A stretch of 64,000 bases of DNA from Squalus acanthias (lineage: Eukaryota), in the NCBI GenBank assembly GCA_030390025.1, contig CM059431.1:97032001-97096000 (forward strand). The letters are read 5' to 3'. Of this stretch, positions 25,484 to 38,557 are shown piece after piece. Numbering within the stretch: position 1 is the first letter of the stretch; each line of letters begins with the position of its first letter. A program made the translations under genes and the position numbers. Under the pieces are notes generated by a model that had not been told where the DNA came from, searched no databases, and saw only the letters and a list, made by a program, of their open reading frames with translations.

Positions 25484-28400
25484 CTAGTGTTCCAGGATCC
25501 AAATACCAAGCAAACTTGACCCGAAACACCAAGCGTTCCGGAACCTAATCACCAAGCGTTCCAGGACCCAAACACCAAGCATTCCAGAACCCAAACCCCA
25601 AATGTTCTGGAACCGAAACACCAAACGTTCCAGGACACAAACATCAAGTGTTCCAGGATCCAAACACCAAGCATTCTGGAACCCAAACACCAAGCGTGCT
25701 GGAACCCAAACACTAAGCTTTATGGAACCGAAACACCAAGTGTTCAAGGACCCAAACACCAAGCATTCCAGGACCCAAACAACAAGCAAACTGGGACCCA
25801 AACCCCAAGTGTTCCGGAACCCAAACAGCAAGCGTTTCCGGACCCAAACACCAAGCGTTCCAGGACCCAATCCCCAACTGTTCTGGAACCCAAACACCAA
25901 GTGTTCCAGGACCCAAACACCAAGCATTCCAGGACCCAAATTCCAAATGATCCATGGCCCAAATTCCAAACGTTCTGGAACCTTAACACCAAGCAATCCA
26001 GGACCCAAAAATCAAGTGTTCTGGAACCCAAACACCAAACATTCCAGGACCAAAACACCAAGCGTTCCAGGACTGAAACACCAAGTGTTCCAGGTCCCAA
26101 ACACCAAGCGTTCTGGAACCCAAACAGCAAGCACTCCAGGACCCAAACACCAAGCCAACTGAACCCCAATAGCAAGCGTTCCGGGACCAAAACACCAAGC
26201 GTTCCGGAACCCAAACACCAAGCGTTCCAGGACCCAAATCCAAGCGAACTGGGCCCCAAATACCAAGCATTCTGGAACCCAAACACCAAGCATTCCATGA
26301 CTCGAACACCAAGCAAACTGGGCCCCAAGCACCAAGTGTTCCAGAACCCAAAGACAAAAGCATTCCAGGATCCAAACACCAACTGTTCTGGAGCCCAAAC
26401 ACCAAGTGTTCCAGGACCCAAGCACGAAGCATTCCGGGACCCAAACGCCAAGCATACTGGAACCCAAACACCAAAGTTCCAGGACCCAAACACCAAGCAT
26501 TCCAGCACCCAAACCCCAACCGTTCTGGGACCCAAACACCAAGTGTTCTGGAACCCAAACACCAAGCATTCCAGGACCCAAACACCGAGCATTCCAGAAC
26601 CCAAGCACCAAGCGTTCTGGAACCCAAACACTAAGCATTATGGAACCCAAACACCAAACATTCCGCAACCCAAACTCCAAGCGTTCTGGAACCCAAAATC
26701 CAAGTGTTCCATGACCCAAACACCAAGCAAACTGGGACCCGAACCCTAAGTATTCCAGAACCCAAACACCAAGTATTTCAGGACCCAAACACCAAACGTT
26801 CCAGGAAGCAAACACCAACCGTACTGGGACCCAAACTCCAAGCATTCCAGGCCCCCAACACCAACAAAACATGGCCGCAAACACCAAGCAAACTCTGCCC
26901 CAAACACCAAGCATTCCGGATCCCAAACACCAAGCAAACTGGGCCCCAAATATCAAGCGTTCCGGAACCCAAACACCTAGCGTTCCAGGATCCAAATACC
27001 AAGCAAACTGGGCCCCAAACACCAAGCATTCCAGAATCTAAACACCAAGCGTTCCAGGACCCAAACCCCAAATGTTCTGGAACCCAAACACCAAGCGTTC
27101 CAGGATCCAAACACCAAGGGTTCCAGAACCCAAACACTAAGTGTTCTGGAACCCAAACACCATGCGTACTGGAACCCAAACACCAAGTGTTCCGGGACCC
27201 AAACACCAAGCATTCCAGGAATCAAACCCCAACTGTTCTGGGACCCAAACACCAAGTGTTCTGGAACCCAAACAGCAAGCGTTTCCTGACCCAAACATCA
27301 AGCGTTCCAGGACCTAAACCCAAACTGTTCTGGAACCCAAACACCAAGCGTTCCAGGACCCAAACACCAGGCATTCCAGGACCCAAATACCAAGTGATCC
27401 AGGGCCCAAACACCAAACGTTCTGGAACCCAAACACCAAGTGATCCAGGACCCAAAAACCAAGCATTCTGGAACCCAAACACGAAACATTCCAGGACCGA
27501 ATCACCAAGCGTTCCAGCACCCAAACCCCAACCGTTCTGGGACCCAAACAGCAAGTGTTCTGGGACCCAAATACCAAACGTTCCAGGACCCAAATACCAA
27601 GCGATCCAGGGCCCAAACACCAAATGTTCTGGAACACAAACACCAAGCGATCCAGGACCCAAAAATCAAGTATTCTGGAACCCAAACACGAAACATTCCA
27701 GGACCGAAACACCAAGCGTTCCAGGGCTGAAACACCAAGCATTCCAGGACCCAAACACCAAGTGTTATGGAACCCAAACACCAAACATTCTGGAACCCAA
27801 ACAGCAAGCATTCCAGGATGCAAACACCAAGCCAACTGGGACACAAACCCCAAGTGTTCCGGAACCCAAACACCAAGCATTCCAGGACCCAAACACAAAA
27901 CGTTCCAGGAACCAAACCCGAACCGTTCTGGGACCCAAACTCCAAGCATTCCGGAACCAAACACCAAGCAAACTGGGCCCCAAATATTAAGCGTTCTGGA
28001 ACCCAAACACCTAGCATTCCAGGATCCAAATACCAAGCAAACTGGGCCCCAAACACCAATCATTCTAGAACCTAAACACCAAGCGTTCCAGGACCCAAAC
28101 ACCAAGCATTCCAGGACCCAAACATCAAGGGTGCAAGGACCCAAAAACCAAGCGTTCCGGGACCCCAACACCAAGCAAACTGGGTCCCAAACACCAAGCA
28201 TTCTGGGACCCAAACACCAAGCATTCTGGGACCCAAACCCCAAGTGTTCTAGGACCCAAACACCAAGCATTCCGGGACCCAAACACCAAGCGTTCCAGCA
28301 CCCAAACACCAAGCATTTCAGGACCCAAACACCAAGCGTTCCAGGACCCAAACAACAAGCGCTCCGGAACACAAACACCAAGCAAACTGGGACCCAAACA

Positions 28401-29302
28401 CCAAGTGTTCCAGGACCCAAACACCAAGCAACACGGGACCAAAACACCAAGCGTTCTGGAACCCAAACACAAAGCTTACCGGAACCCAAGCACCAAGCGC
28501 TCCAGGATCCAAACACCAACCTTTGCCGGACCCAAACACCAAGCGTTCTGGAACCCAAAGTCAAGCATTCCGGGACTCAAACCCCAAGCATACCAGGACC
28601 CAAACACCAAGTGTTCCAGGACCCAAACACCAAGCATTCCAGGAACCAAATACCAAGTTTTCCGGGACTCAGACACCAAGTGTTCCGGAACCAAAACACC
28701 AAGCATTCCAGGACCGTAACACCAAGTTTTCCGGAACCCAAACACCAACCATTCCGGAACCCAAACACCAAGCATTATGGAACCCAAACACTTAAGCATT
28801 ATGGAACCCAAACACCAAGCGTTCCGGGACCCAAACACCAAATGTTCCGGAACCCAAACACCTAACATTCCGGAACCCAAACACCAAGCGTTCTGGAACC
28901 CAAACACCAAGCGTTCTGGAACCCAAACACCAAGCGTTCCAGGAACCAAACACCAAGCATTCCAGGAACCATACAACAAGCGTTCTGGAACCCAAACACC
29001 AAGCGTTCCTGAACCCAAACACTAAGCATTCCAGGAACCAAACACCAAGCATTCCGGAACCCAAACACCAAGCATTCCGGAACCCAAACACCAAGCGTTC
29101 CAGGACCCAAACACCAAGCATTCCAGGACCCAAACACCAAGCGTTCCAGGACCCAAACACCAAGCGTTCTGGGACATAAACAACAAGCTTTCCGGGACCC
29201 AAACACCAAGCAAACTGGGACCCAAACACGAAGTGTACCAAGACCTAAACATCCAAGTGTTCTGGGACCCAAACAGCAAGCGTTCCAGGACCCAAACACC
29301 AA

Positions 29303-30198
29303 GGGGTAAAAATTCACTTGGTTGCGCCTCCCGTTAGCGCCTTAAGAGGGCGCTAATGGGGCGCAAAGCCGCTAACGCCCGTGCGCAGCGATGTTTGCGC
29401 CGCTCGAGAACTTAACTTGAGATTGTGCGGCGGCGCTAAAACTTACCGCTGCGACCACCTGCGCGCGCAGATTGTGACGTCATTCCATGGTGCAACGCCC
29501 TTGTGGCGCCCCGGAGCGGAAATTGAGTGGCGCCCCCTGCCTTACCGCCTGGCGCATCCAACGACCAGAAGACTGGAACGCTATCAATCGCTGTGGGGCT
29601 GGGGGGGGGGGCGCTATTTAAAGGGGGCCTCTTCCTGTCTTTTATTGTTGGTGGCATTTTTGAACTACGCATTCTGAGAGAGAGAGGGAGAGACTTCTGG
29701 AGAGATTCAACGTTGTGGGAAGGAGTTTTGGGTACTGAGCAGCACTTTGCAGGTTCATTTTGATTTGCCATTCCTTGTATCGATTTAGCAGAGACTGTGG
29801 GAGCTGCACTCTGAGCTCTTTGCCTGTTACTCTCCATTGTTCTTTCCAGCACATTTGATGTGCAAGTCTCTCCAGGCCGAGATTCAAGGCTGCAATGAAC
29901 AGGATGTGGATGGAAAGCAAGATTAACCATCCCCTTTAAGAACTGGCCCGTGCCATTGTGTGTGTGTTTCATTGCTGACTGACATTACGTGAGCTTCGCC
30001 AGCGCTCTGAGTTAGCGCCTCACTCCTTGGCCTTTGCGCCTTAAGAGAGGTGTGCAGCGCCTGCTTTAGCGCTCCACTCACCTCCCGGGGCGGTAAAAGT
30101 GAAGTTTCCTGTCAGTGCCGATAATTAGCGCCAGGCGCTAATATTTGCGTCCAGACGATATTTGCGCCCCAAATGGGGTGCGACCTAATTTCTACCCC
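29303..30198 (+). mobile_element. Harbinger MITE type I, 896 bp
   Basis: TIRs; TSD CAA/CAA; empty paralogous site near 39937. Confidence 0.95.
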
Positions 30199-30293
30199 CA
30201 AGCATTCCAGGACCAAAACACCAAGCATTCTGGAACCCAAACACAAAGCTTACCAGAACAAAAGCACCAAGTGTTTCGGGACCCAAACACCAC

Positions 30294-31189
30294 GGGGTAG
30301 AAATTAGGTCGCGCCCCACTTGGGGCGCAAATATCGTCTGGACGCAAATATTAGCGCCTGGCGCTAATTATCGGCACTGACTGGAAACTTCACTTTTACC
30401 GCCCCGGGAGGTGAGTGGAGCGCTAAAGCAGGCGCTGCACACCTCTCTTAAGGCGCAAAGGCCAAGGAGTGAGGCGCTAACTCAGAGTGCTGGCGAAGCT
30501 CATGTAATGTCAGTCAGCAATGGAACACACACACAATGGCACGGGCCAGTTCTTAAAGGGGATGGTTAATCTTGCTTTCCATCCACATCCTGTTCATTGC
30601 AGCCTTGAATCTCGGCCTGGAGAGACTTGCACATCAAATGTGCTGGAAAGAACAATGGAGAGTACCAGGCAAAGAGCTCAGAGTGCAGCTCCCACGGTCT
30701 CTGCTAAATCGATACAAGGAATGGCAAATCAAAATGAACCTGCAAAGTGCTGCTCAGTACCCAAAACTCCTTCACACAACGTTGAATCTCTCCAGAAGTC
30801 TCTCCCTCTCTCTCTCAGAATGCGTAGTTCAAAAATGCCACCAACAATAAAAGACAAGAAGAGGACCCCTTTAAATAGCGCCCCCCCCCCCCAGCCCCAC
30901 AGCGATTGATAGCGTTCCAGTCTTCTGGTCGTTGATGCGCCAGGCGGTAAGGCAGGGGGCGCCACTCAATTTCCGCTCCGGGGCGCCACAAGGGCGTTGC
31001 ACCATGGAATGACGTCACAATCTGCGCGCGCAGGTGGTCGCAGCGGTAAGTTTTAGCGCCGCCGCACAATCTCAAGTTAAGTTCTCGAGCGGCGCAAACA
31101 TCGCTGTGCCCGGGCGTTAGCGGCTTTGCGCCCCATTAGCGCCCTCTTAAGGCGCTAATGGGAGGCGCAACCAACTGAATTTTTACCCC
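30294..31189 (-). mobile_element. Harbinger MITE type I, 896 bp
   Basis: TIRs; flanks CAC/CAA; empty paralogous site near 40029. Confidence 0.95.
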
Positions 31190-32109
31190 CAAGCATTCCG
31201 TGATTGAAACACAAAGCCTTACAGGAACCAAACACCAACCGTTCCGGGACCCAAATACCAAGCGTTCCGGGACTCAAACACCAAGCATACTGGAACCCAA
31301 ACACTAAGCATTCTGCAATCGAAACATCAAGCGTTCTGGAACCGAAACACCAAGCGTTCCATGACCCTAACACCAAGTTTTCCAGGACTCAAACACCAAG
31401 CGTTCCAGGATCCAAACACCAAGTGATCTGAGACCCAAACACCAAGCGTTCAAGGACCCAAACACCAAGCATTCCAGGACCCAAACACCAACCATTCCGG
31501 GACCCAAACACCAAGCATTCCAGGAACCAAACACCAAGCATTCTGGAACCCAAACACCAAGCTTTCCGGAACCCAAACACCAGGTTTTCTGAGACCCAAA
31601 CACAAGCGTTCCAGGACCCAAACACCAATCGTTCTGGAACCAAACACCAAGCGTTCCGGGACCAAAACACCAAGCATTCTGGAACCAAACACCAAGCGTT
31701 CTGGGACCCAAACAACAAGCCTTCCGGGACACAAACACCAGGATTTCTGGGACCCAAACACCAAGCAAACTGGGACCCAAACACCAAGTGCACCAAGACT
31801 CAAACATCCAAGCATTCTGGAACCCAAACAGCAAGCGTTCTGGAACCCAAACACCAAGCGTTCTGGGACCAAAACACTAAGCATTCTGGAACCCAAACAC
31901 AAAGCGTACAGGAACCCAAGCACCAAGTGTTCCGGGATTCAAACACAATGCGTTCCAGGACCCAAACTCCAAGCATTCCGGGACCCAAACACCAAGCTTT
32001 CTGGGACTCAAACACCAAGCGTTCTGGGACCCAAACACCAAGCGTTCTGGAACCAAACACCAAGTGTTCTGGAACCCAAACACCAAGCATTCCGGAACCC
32101 AAGCACTAA

Positions 32110-33006
32110 GGGGTAAAGATTCAGTTGGTTGCGCCTCCCGTTAGCGCCTTAAGAGGGCGCTAATGGGGCGCAAAGCCGCTAACGCCCGGGCGCAGCGATG
32201 TTTGCGCCACTCGGGAACTTAACTAGAGATTGTGCGGCGGCGCTAAAACTTACCGCAGCGACCACCTGCGCGCGCAGATTGTGACGTCATTCCATGGTGC
32301 AACGCCCTTGTGGCGCCCCGGCGCAGAAATTGAGTGGCGCCCCCTGCCTTACCGCCTGGCGCTTCCAACGACCAGAAGACTGGAACGCTATCAATCGCTG
32401 TGGGGCTGGGGGGGGGCGCTATTTAAAGGGGGTCTCTTCCTGTCTTTTATTGTTGGTGGCATTTTTGAACTACGCATTCTGAGAGAGAGAGGGAGAGACT
32501 TCTGGAGAGATTCAACGTTGTGTGAAGGAGTTTTGGGTACTGAGCAGCACTTTGCAGGTTCATTTTGATTTGCCATTCCTTGTATCGATTTAGCAGAGAC
32601 CGTGGGAGCTGCACTCTGAGCTCTTTGCCTGGTACTCTCCATTGTTCTTTCCAGCACATTTGTTGTGCAAGTCTCTCCAGGCCAAGAAATAAAGGCTGCA
32701 ATGAACAGGATGTGGATGGAAAGCAAGATTAACCATCCCCTTTAAGAACTGGCCCGTGCCATTGTGTGTGTGATTTCCATTGCTGACTGACATTACATGA
32801 GCTTCGCCAGCGCTCTGAGTTAGCGCCTCACTGCTCGGCCTTTGCGCCTTAAGACAGGTGTGCAGCGCCTGCTTTAGCGCTCCACTCACCTCCCGGGGCG
32901 GTAAAAGTGAAGTTTCCAGTCAGTGCCGATAATTAGCGCCAGGCGCTAATATTTGCGTCCAGACGATATTTGCGCCCCAAATGGGTCGCGACCTAATTTC
33001 TACCCC
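32110..33006 (+). mobile_element. Harbinger MITE type I, 897 bp
   Basis: TIRs; TSD TAA/TAA. Confidence 0.95.
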
Positions 33007-33285
33007 TAAGTGTTTTTGGACCCAAACACCAAGCGTTCTGGAACCCAAACACTAAGCATTCAGGGACCCAAACACCAAACATTCCAGAACTCAAACACCA
33101 AGCGTTCCAGGATGCAAACACCAAGTGTTCCGGAACCCAAAGACCAAGCGTTTCGGAACCCAAACACCAAACGTTCTGGGATTGAAACACAAAGCGTTCC
33201 GGGACCCAAACGCCAAGTGTTCTGAGACCCAAACACCAAGCTTTCCAGGACCCAAACATGAAGCATTCCAGGACCCAAGCACCAA

Positions 33286-34178
33286 GGGGGAGAAATTCAG
33301 TATCGCCCCATTTGGGGCGCAATTATCGGCCAGGCGCAAAGATTAGCGCCTGGCACTAATTATCACCTCCAACTGCAAACTTGGCTTTTATCGCCCCTGG
33401 AGGTGATTGGAGCGCTAAATGAGGCGCTTCACAACTGTCTTAAGGCGCAAAGGCCGAGGAGCGAGGCGCTACCTCAGAGCGCTGGAGAAGCTCATGTGAT
33501 GTCAGTCAGCAATGGAACACAGACACAATGGCACCAGCCAGTTCTTAAAGGGGAGGGTTGATCTTGCTCTCCATCCACATCCTGCTCATTGCAGCCTTGA
33601 ATCTCGGCCTGGAGAGACCTGTACATCAAATCTGCTGGAAAGAACAATGGAGAGACCCAGGGAAAGAGCTGAGAGTGCAGCCCCCACAGTCTCTTCTAAA
33701 TCGATACAAGGAAGGGCAAATCAAAATGATCCTGCAAAGTGCTGCTCAGTACCCAAAACTCCTTCACACAGCGTTGAATCTCTCCAGAAGTCTCTCTCTC
33801 TCTCTCTCAGAATGCGTGGTGCAAAAATGTCACCAACAAAAAAAGGCAGGAAGCAGTCGCCTTTAAATAGCGCTCCCCCAGTCCCTTCCTGACTGCAAAA
33901 CGCTCGCCTCAACCTGTCGTTGCTAGCGGCAGGCGGTAAGGCAGGGGGAACCACTCAATATCCGCTCCGGGGTGCTACCGGAGCGTTGCGCACTCGACTG
34001 ACGTCACAATCTGCCTGCGCAGAAGAGCGTGGCAGTAGTGTTTAGCACCGCCGCAAAATGTCTAGTTAATTTCATGAGTGGCGCAAACATCGCCGCGCAT
34101 GGGCACTAGTTGCTTTGCGCCCCATTAGTGCCCTCTTAAGGCGCTAACGTGAGGCACAACCAACTGAATTTTTCCCCC
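33286..34178 (-). mobile_element. Harbinger MITE type II, 893 bp (duplicate of 47287-48181)
   Basis: TIRs; TSD CAA/CAA; same left flank and diagnostic bases as the 47287 copy. Confidence 0.95.
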
Positions 34179-34808
34179 CAAGGGTCCCGGAACCCAAACA
34201 CCAAGGATTCTGGAAACCAAACACCAAGCGTTCCAGGAGCCAAACACCAAGCATTCCGGAACCCAAACACCAAGCGTTCTGGAACCCAAACACTAAGGGG
34301 TAAAAATTCAGTTGGTTGCGCCTCCCGTTAGCGCCTTAAAAGGGCGCTAATGGGGCGTTAAGGCGCTAACGCCCGGGCGCAGCGCTGTTTGCGCCGCTCG
34401 AGAACTTAACTTGAGATTGTGCGGCGGCGCTAAAGCTTACCGCTGCGACCACCTGCGCGCGCAGATTGTGACGTCATTCCGTGGTGCAACGCCCTTGGGG
34501 CGCCCCGGAGCGGAAATTGAGTGGCGCCCCCTGCCTTACCGCCTGGCGCTTCCAACGACCGGAAGACTGGAACGTTATCAATCGGTGTGGGGCTGGGGGG
34601 GGCGCTATTTAAAGGGGGCCTCTTCCTGTCTTTTTCTGTGGTCGACATTTATGCACCACTCGTTCTGAGAGAGAGAGAGAGATTCGGAGAGAGAGAGAGA
34701 GAGACTTCGACATTGACTCAACGCTTTGTGAGGTAGTTTTGCCTAGTTCATCCTAACTTTGCTGCTACTTTCGTTGCTGTACCTAATTACTTTTCTGGCA
34801 AAGAGAAT

Positions 34809-35969
34809 ATGGGGGCTGCAATGATTGGGGGCGTCGTCCTGCTCCAGCTCAATCGGAGGATAGTGAGACGCAGACAGAGAGTGGCAATGATGGCCAGACG
34901 GAGGAGGGCCATCAGGCGCATGTACAGGAGAGCTTACCCTCCCAGGGTATATCGTGAACAGCTCTCCTACATCCACATGTCCGAGGAGCTGTGTTTGCGA
35001 AGGCTGCGATTCAGCAAGGAGGTGGTCACTGAGCTCTGCCACCTGCTGCAGCCAGATCTGCAGCCTCAGCTGAGGTCCAGGACGTCTCTGTCGGTGGCAG
35101 TGAAGGTCACAGTGGCTTTGAACTTCTACGCCACTGGCTCATTCCAAGCTGCTGTTGGGGACCTCGCCAATATCTCCCAGTTTGCGGTGCATCGCTGCAT
35201 CCGGCAGGTCACCAATGCCCTCTTCACAAGGAGACGAGACTTCATCTCCTTACCTATGACCCCAGACAAGCAGCATGACCGTGCTATGGGCTTTGCGAGG
35301 GTAGCGGGCTTCCCCATGGTGCAGGGCGCCATTGACTGCACGCATGTGGCTTTGCGTGCTCCGCGAGAGAATGCAGAGGAGTTCCGGAACAGAAAGGGGT
35401 TCCATTCCTTGAATGTGCAGTTGGTCTGTGACCACAGACAGGTGATTCTCGCTGTCAATGCCCACTATCCGGGCAGCTGCCACGATGCTTTCATCCTGCG
35501 CCAGAGTACTGTGGCAGAAATTTTCGAGGCACCGCATCAGCCAGTTGGTTGGCTTCTGGGGGACAAGGGGTACGCATTGAGCACCTGGCTGATGACACCG
35601 CTCCGTGCGCCAAACACCCCTGCTGAGCTGCGGTACCAGGAAAGCCAACAAGCAACCAGGAACATTATTGAGCGCACAATCGGCGTGCTCAAACAACGAT
35701 TCCGCTGTCTGGACCATTCCGGAGGAGCCCTGCAGAACTCGCTTGAGCAAGTTTCCAAATTCGTAGTGGTGTGCTGCATGTTGCACAACATGGCAATTCT
35801 CAGGACGCAGCCAATGCCACCAGGCCTTGCAGCACCACAAGAGGAGGAGGAGGAAGAGGAGGAACAGGCCGAGGACGATGATCAGCAGCAGCACCAAGGC
35901 AGGAGGGCGGCCCACAATGGTCAAACTGCAAGGGCCGTCCGTCAACGACTAATAGCAAGCCGCTTCTAG
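34809..35969 (+). CDS. Harbinger DDE transposase (HARBI1-like), 386 aa
   Basis: Uninterrupted ORF; N-terminal HTH-like region; [54 protein letters not shown]. Confidence 0.94.
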   Translation: MGAAMIGGVVLLQLNRRIVRRRQRVAMMARRRRAIRRMYRRAYPPRVYREQLSYIHMSEELCLRRLRFSKEVVTELCHLLQPDLQPQLRSRTSLSVAVKVTVALNFYATGSFQAAVGDLANISQFAVHRCIRQVTNALFTRRRDFISLPMTPDKQHDRAMGFARVAGFPMVQGAIDCTHVALRAPRENAEEFRNRKGFHSLNVQLVCDHRQVILAVNAHYPGSCHDAFILRQSTVAEIFEAPHQPVGWLLGDKGYALSTWLMTPLRAPNTPAELRYQESQQATRNIIERTIGVLKQRFRCLDHSGGALQNSLEQVSKFVVVCCMLHNMAILRTQPMPPGLAAPQEEEEEEEEQAEDDDQQQHQGRRAAHNGQTARAVRQRLIASRF

Positions 35970-36263
35970 GGCCCCTGCCATTGCTACAAACACGAATCAA
36001 CCCAGCACGCAACCCCTAAGCCGGCCAAGGCACCAATAATTCCAACCACCAGCCATGTATATTTTGAATACAGAAACTTATTTATTGTACAAACTCTGTG
36101 TGTGTCAATTCCTCATGACAAACTCATAGAAATAAACACAAAAAAACAGTCAATAACATAACTGGTTCTCACAACCTGGAGATAATGTCCAAAACACTAA
36201 ACAAAAGTTGGGCCATGAACCTCGGCCTTTAATAAAAAAATGACCAGCATTTTGGCACACCTC

Positions 36264-38173
36264 CTACTTTTTGCCCTTCGAGGGTGATCTCCTTCCCTTG
36301 CGCACTTCCCCCCTTCTAACCCTACTGCTCCTCCGTAATGGGACCTCAGTGGCTGCAGCAAGGCTGGTGGAAGGCTGCTGCTTGTCAGACCCTGACACTG
36401 CAGATGCCCCTGAAGGACGGCCTCGACCACTTCTGGGCCTGGAGGGCCCGGCTGCAGACTGCACCAACTCTGCATGGGCGGCAGCAGTCTGTCCTACAGG
36501 CGGTGGCAAGTGCAGTGGAGAAGTGACAGTGTTGGCAGCAGGAATGCTGTCATCGTGAGAGAGGACAGCAACTCCCTGCTCGCCCGACACACTGGCACTC
36601 CCACGGGGCAGCACTTCAGCATCCGGAGCAATTTGCCGGAGAACTGATTGCTGGCCTGCTGCGGCGCGGTGACAGCCCCGGGGACATGTGCACGAACCAT
36701 CGAGGATGGCAGCAGTCAGTGCTCGCGTGGCCTCAATCTGAGTCTGCATGAGAGCAGTCTCAGATGGGTTCCTGGCAGCCAGTGACTGAATTGCAGCACT
36801 AAGCTTTAGTGTGGCATCCGCCTGTGCTACAGCGAAGTGCTCCACACTCCTTGCCAGTGCCTCAATGCATTCGGGCACCCTTCCCACTGCACCCATGAGC
36901 TCAGTGTGCATGCTCACCGCCTGGCTGTTCATTTCTGCAATCAGCCGCTCCTCCTCTGCGTCCATTGCATTAGGAGTGTCTGGCATACTCTCCCTCTGGG
37001 GAGAAGGCTCCCGTTCTTCCCTCCCCCCCCCATGGCGTGGCTGCAGCCCGCTGGGTCCTGGAGCTTCACCATCATCAGCCCCTTCCCCCCTGCTCCCCCG
37101 TTCTTCCCTCCCCCCCCAATGGCGTTGCTGCAGCCCGCTGGGTCCTGGAACTTCACCATCATCAGCCCCTTCCCCCCTGCTCCCCTCCGGGGAAGGCGTG
37201 TTCCCAGTGTGGGCATGGGCTTCCTCGGGAGAGGGTGGCACTGATGCTCCGGCTTCCTCTTCCTCCTCAGCTGCAGCATCACTCCCAGTGGCAGCTTCAG
37301 GGACCATCTCCTCAGCTGGTGAATCACCATCTGAAAGCAGGGAGGTACAAGAGTGGCTTTAGCGTGAGGACAGGGTGGCAGTAAGGGAGGAATAAGTGCA
37401 GCGAGTTAGCAAGTTGGATTGAAAGTGTCAAAGGCTGGTATTGTGAGGGACAAGTGGAAGGACAGAGGACAAAAAGGTGATGACCTTACCATTGCTGTCC
37501 ACAACGGGGTCGGCGTCCCCAGTGGCGACGGGACCGATCACCCGGCTTGCCACAATCCTGTGGACGCGCTCCTCCAGATCGCTGAGGGGTTGCAGCTGAA
37601 GCCGCCCTCCACCCGTCCGTTGCTGCTGTCTCCGATTATGAGCCAGCTTAGCCTGCAAGAAAAAGGACAGCATCTGAGTCAATATACAGCCATGGTCTTG
37701 CCTGATGTGCCTCCCATAGGTGAATAGCCCTTACAATATGCAGCCATGGTCTTGCCTGATGTGCCTCCCATAGATAAATAGCCCTTACTGTATGCAAAGT
37801 GTGGAATGTGTGTGTGTGTTTGATGAAAGGGCCATAGGTGTTGCATGAGTGTTGTGCATTGGGGTTTTAAGACCCTCTGGCCATAGAGTGAGGTTGAGAT
37901 GGAGGGATGGAGAGGTATTGAGAAAAAGCCACTCACCCTGACGACCCGAGTGAGGTCGTTGAACTTTTTGCGGCACTGAACATGGGTCCTGGGCACCATG
38001 CTCCTGGAGGAGACGCTCTGAGCCACCTCCCTCCACACTCTTCTGAACTCGCGTGGCAAAGGCCTCCTGCCACTCTCCGGGAACAGCATGCATCGTCTGC
38101 GCTCCACTGCGTCAACCAGAGCATCCAAGGCCCGCTCGGTGAAGCGATGAGCGCGTTCTCTCACCCTCTCCAT
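36264..38173 (-). CDS. Myb/SANT-like protein, 3 exons (38173-37937, 37652-37490, 37330-36264), ~488 aa
   Basis: Same splice sites as the other copies; exon 3 has an in-frame 87-bp duplication. Confidence 0.85.
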
Positions 38174-38557
38174 GCTTGGCAGCAAAATGAATTACAGGTC
38201 TCTCCAGGCTGAGATTCAAGGCTGCAATGAGCAGGGTGTGGCTGGGGAGCAAGTGGCCCCCCCCCGCTTTAAGAAGTGTCCGGCGCCAGTGTGTCTGTGT
38301 TCCCTCGCTAACTGGCAGCAGCTGCGCTGCGCTCGTGCGCTGAGGTAGCGCCTCACTCCTAGGCCTTTGCGCCTTAAGAGAGGTGTGCAGCGCCTAATTT
38401 AGCGCTCCACTCACCTCCCGGGGCGGTAAAAGTGAAGTTTCCTGTCAGTGCCGATAATTAGCGCCAGGCGCTAATATTTGCGCGCGGACGATATTTGCGC
38501 CCCAAATGGGGCGCGACGTAATTTCTACCCCTAAGCATTCTGGAACCCAAACACCAA

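Larger units (their letters stand above)
34297..38531 (+). mobile_element. Full-length Harbinger transposon, subfamily A, 4235 bp, both ORFs open
   Basis: TIRs GGGGTAAAAATT / AATTTCTACCCC; TSD TAA/TAA. Confidence 0.96.

Noticed and set aside
35250..35945. Long antisense ORFs over the transposase (also 42806-43750)
   Set aside because: They are shadow ORFs of GC-rich coding sequence with inconsistent ends between copies.
34809..35969. Domesticated HARBI1/NAIF1 host genes
   Set aside because: The ORFs are multi-copy and bounded by TIRs and TSDs, so they are transposon genes; no symbol assigned.
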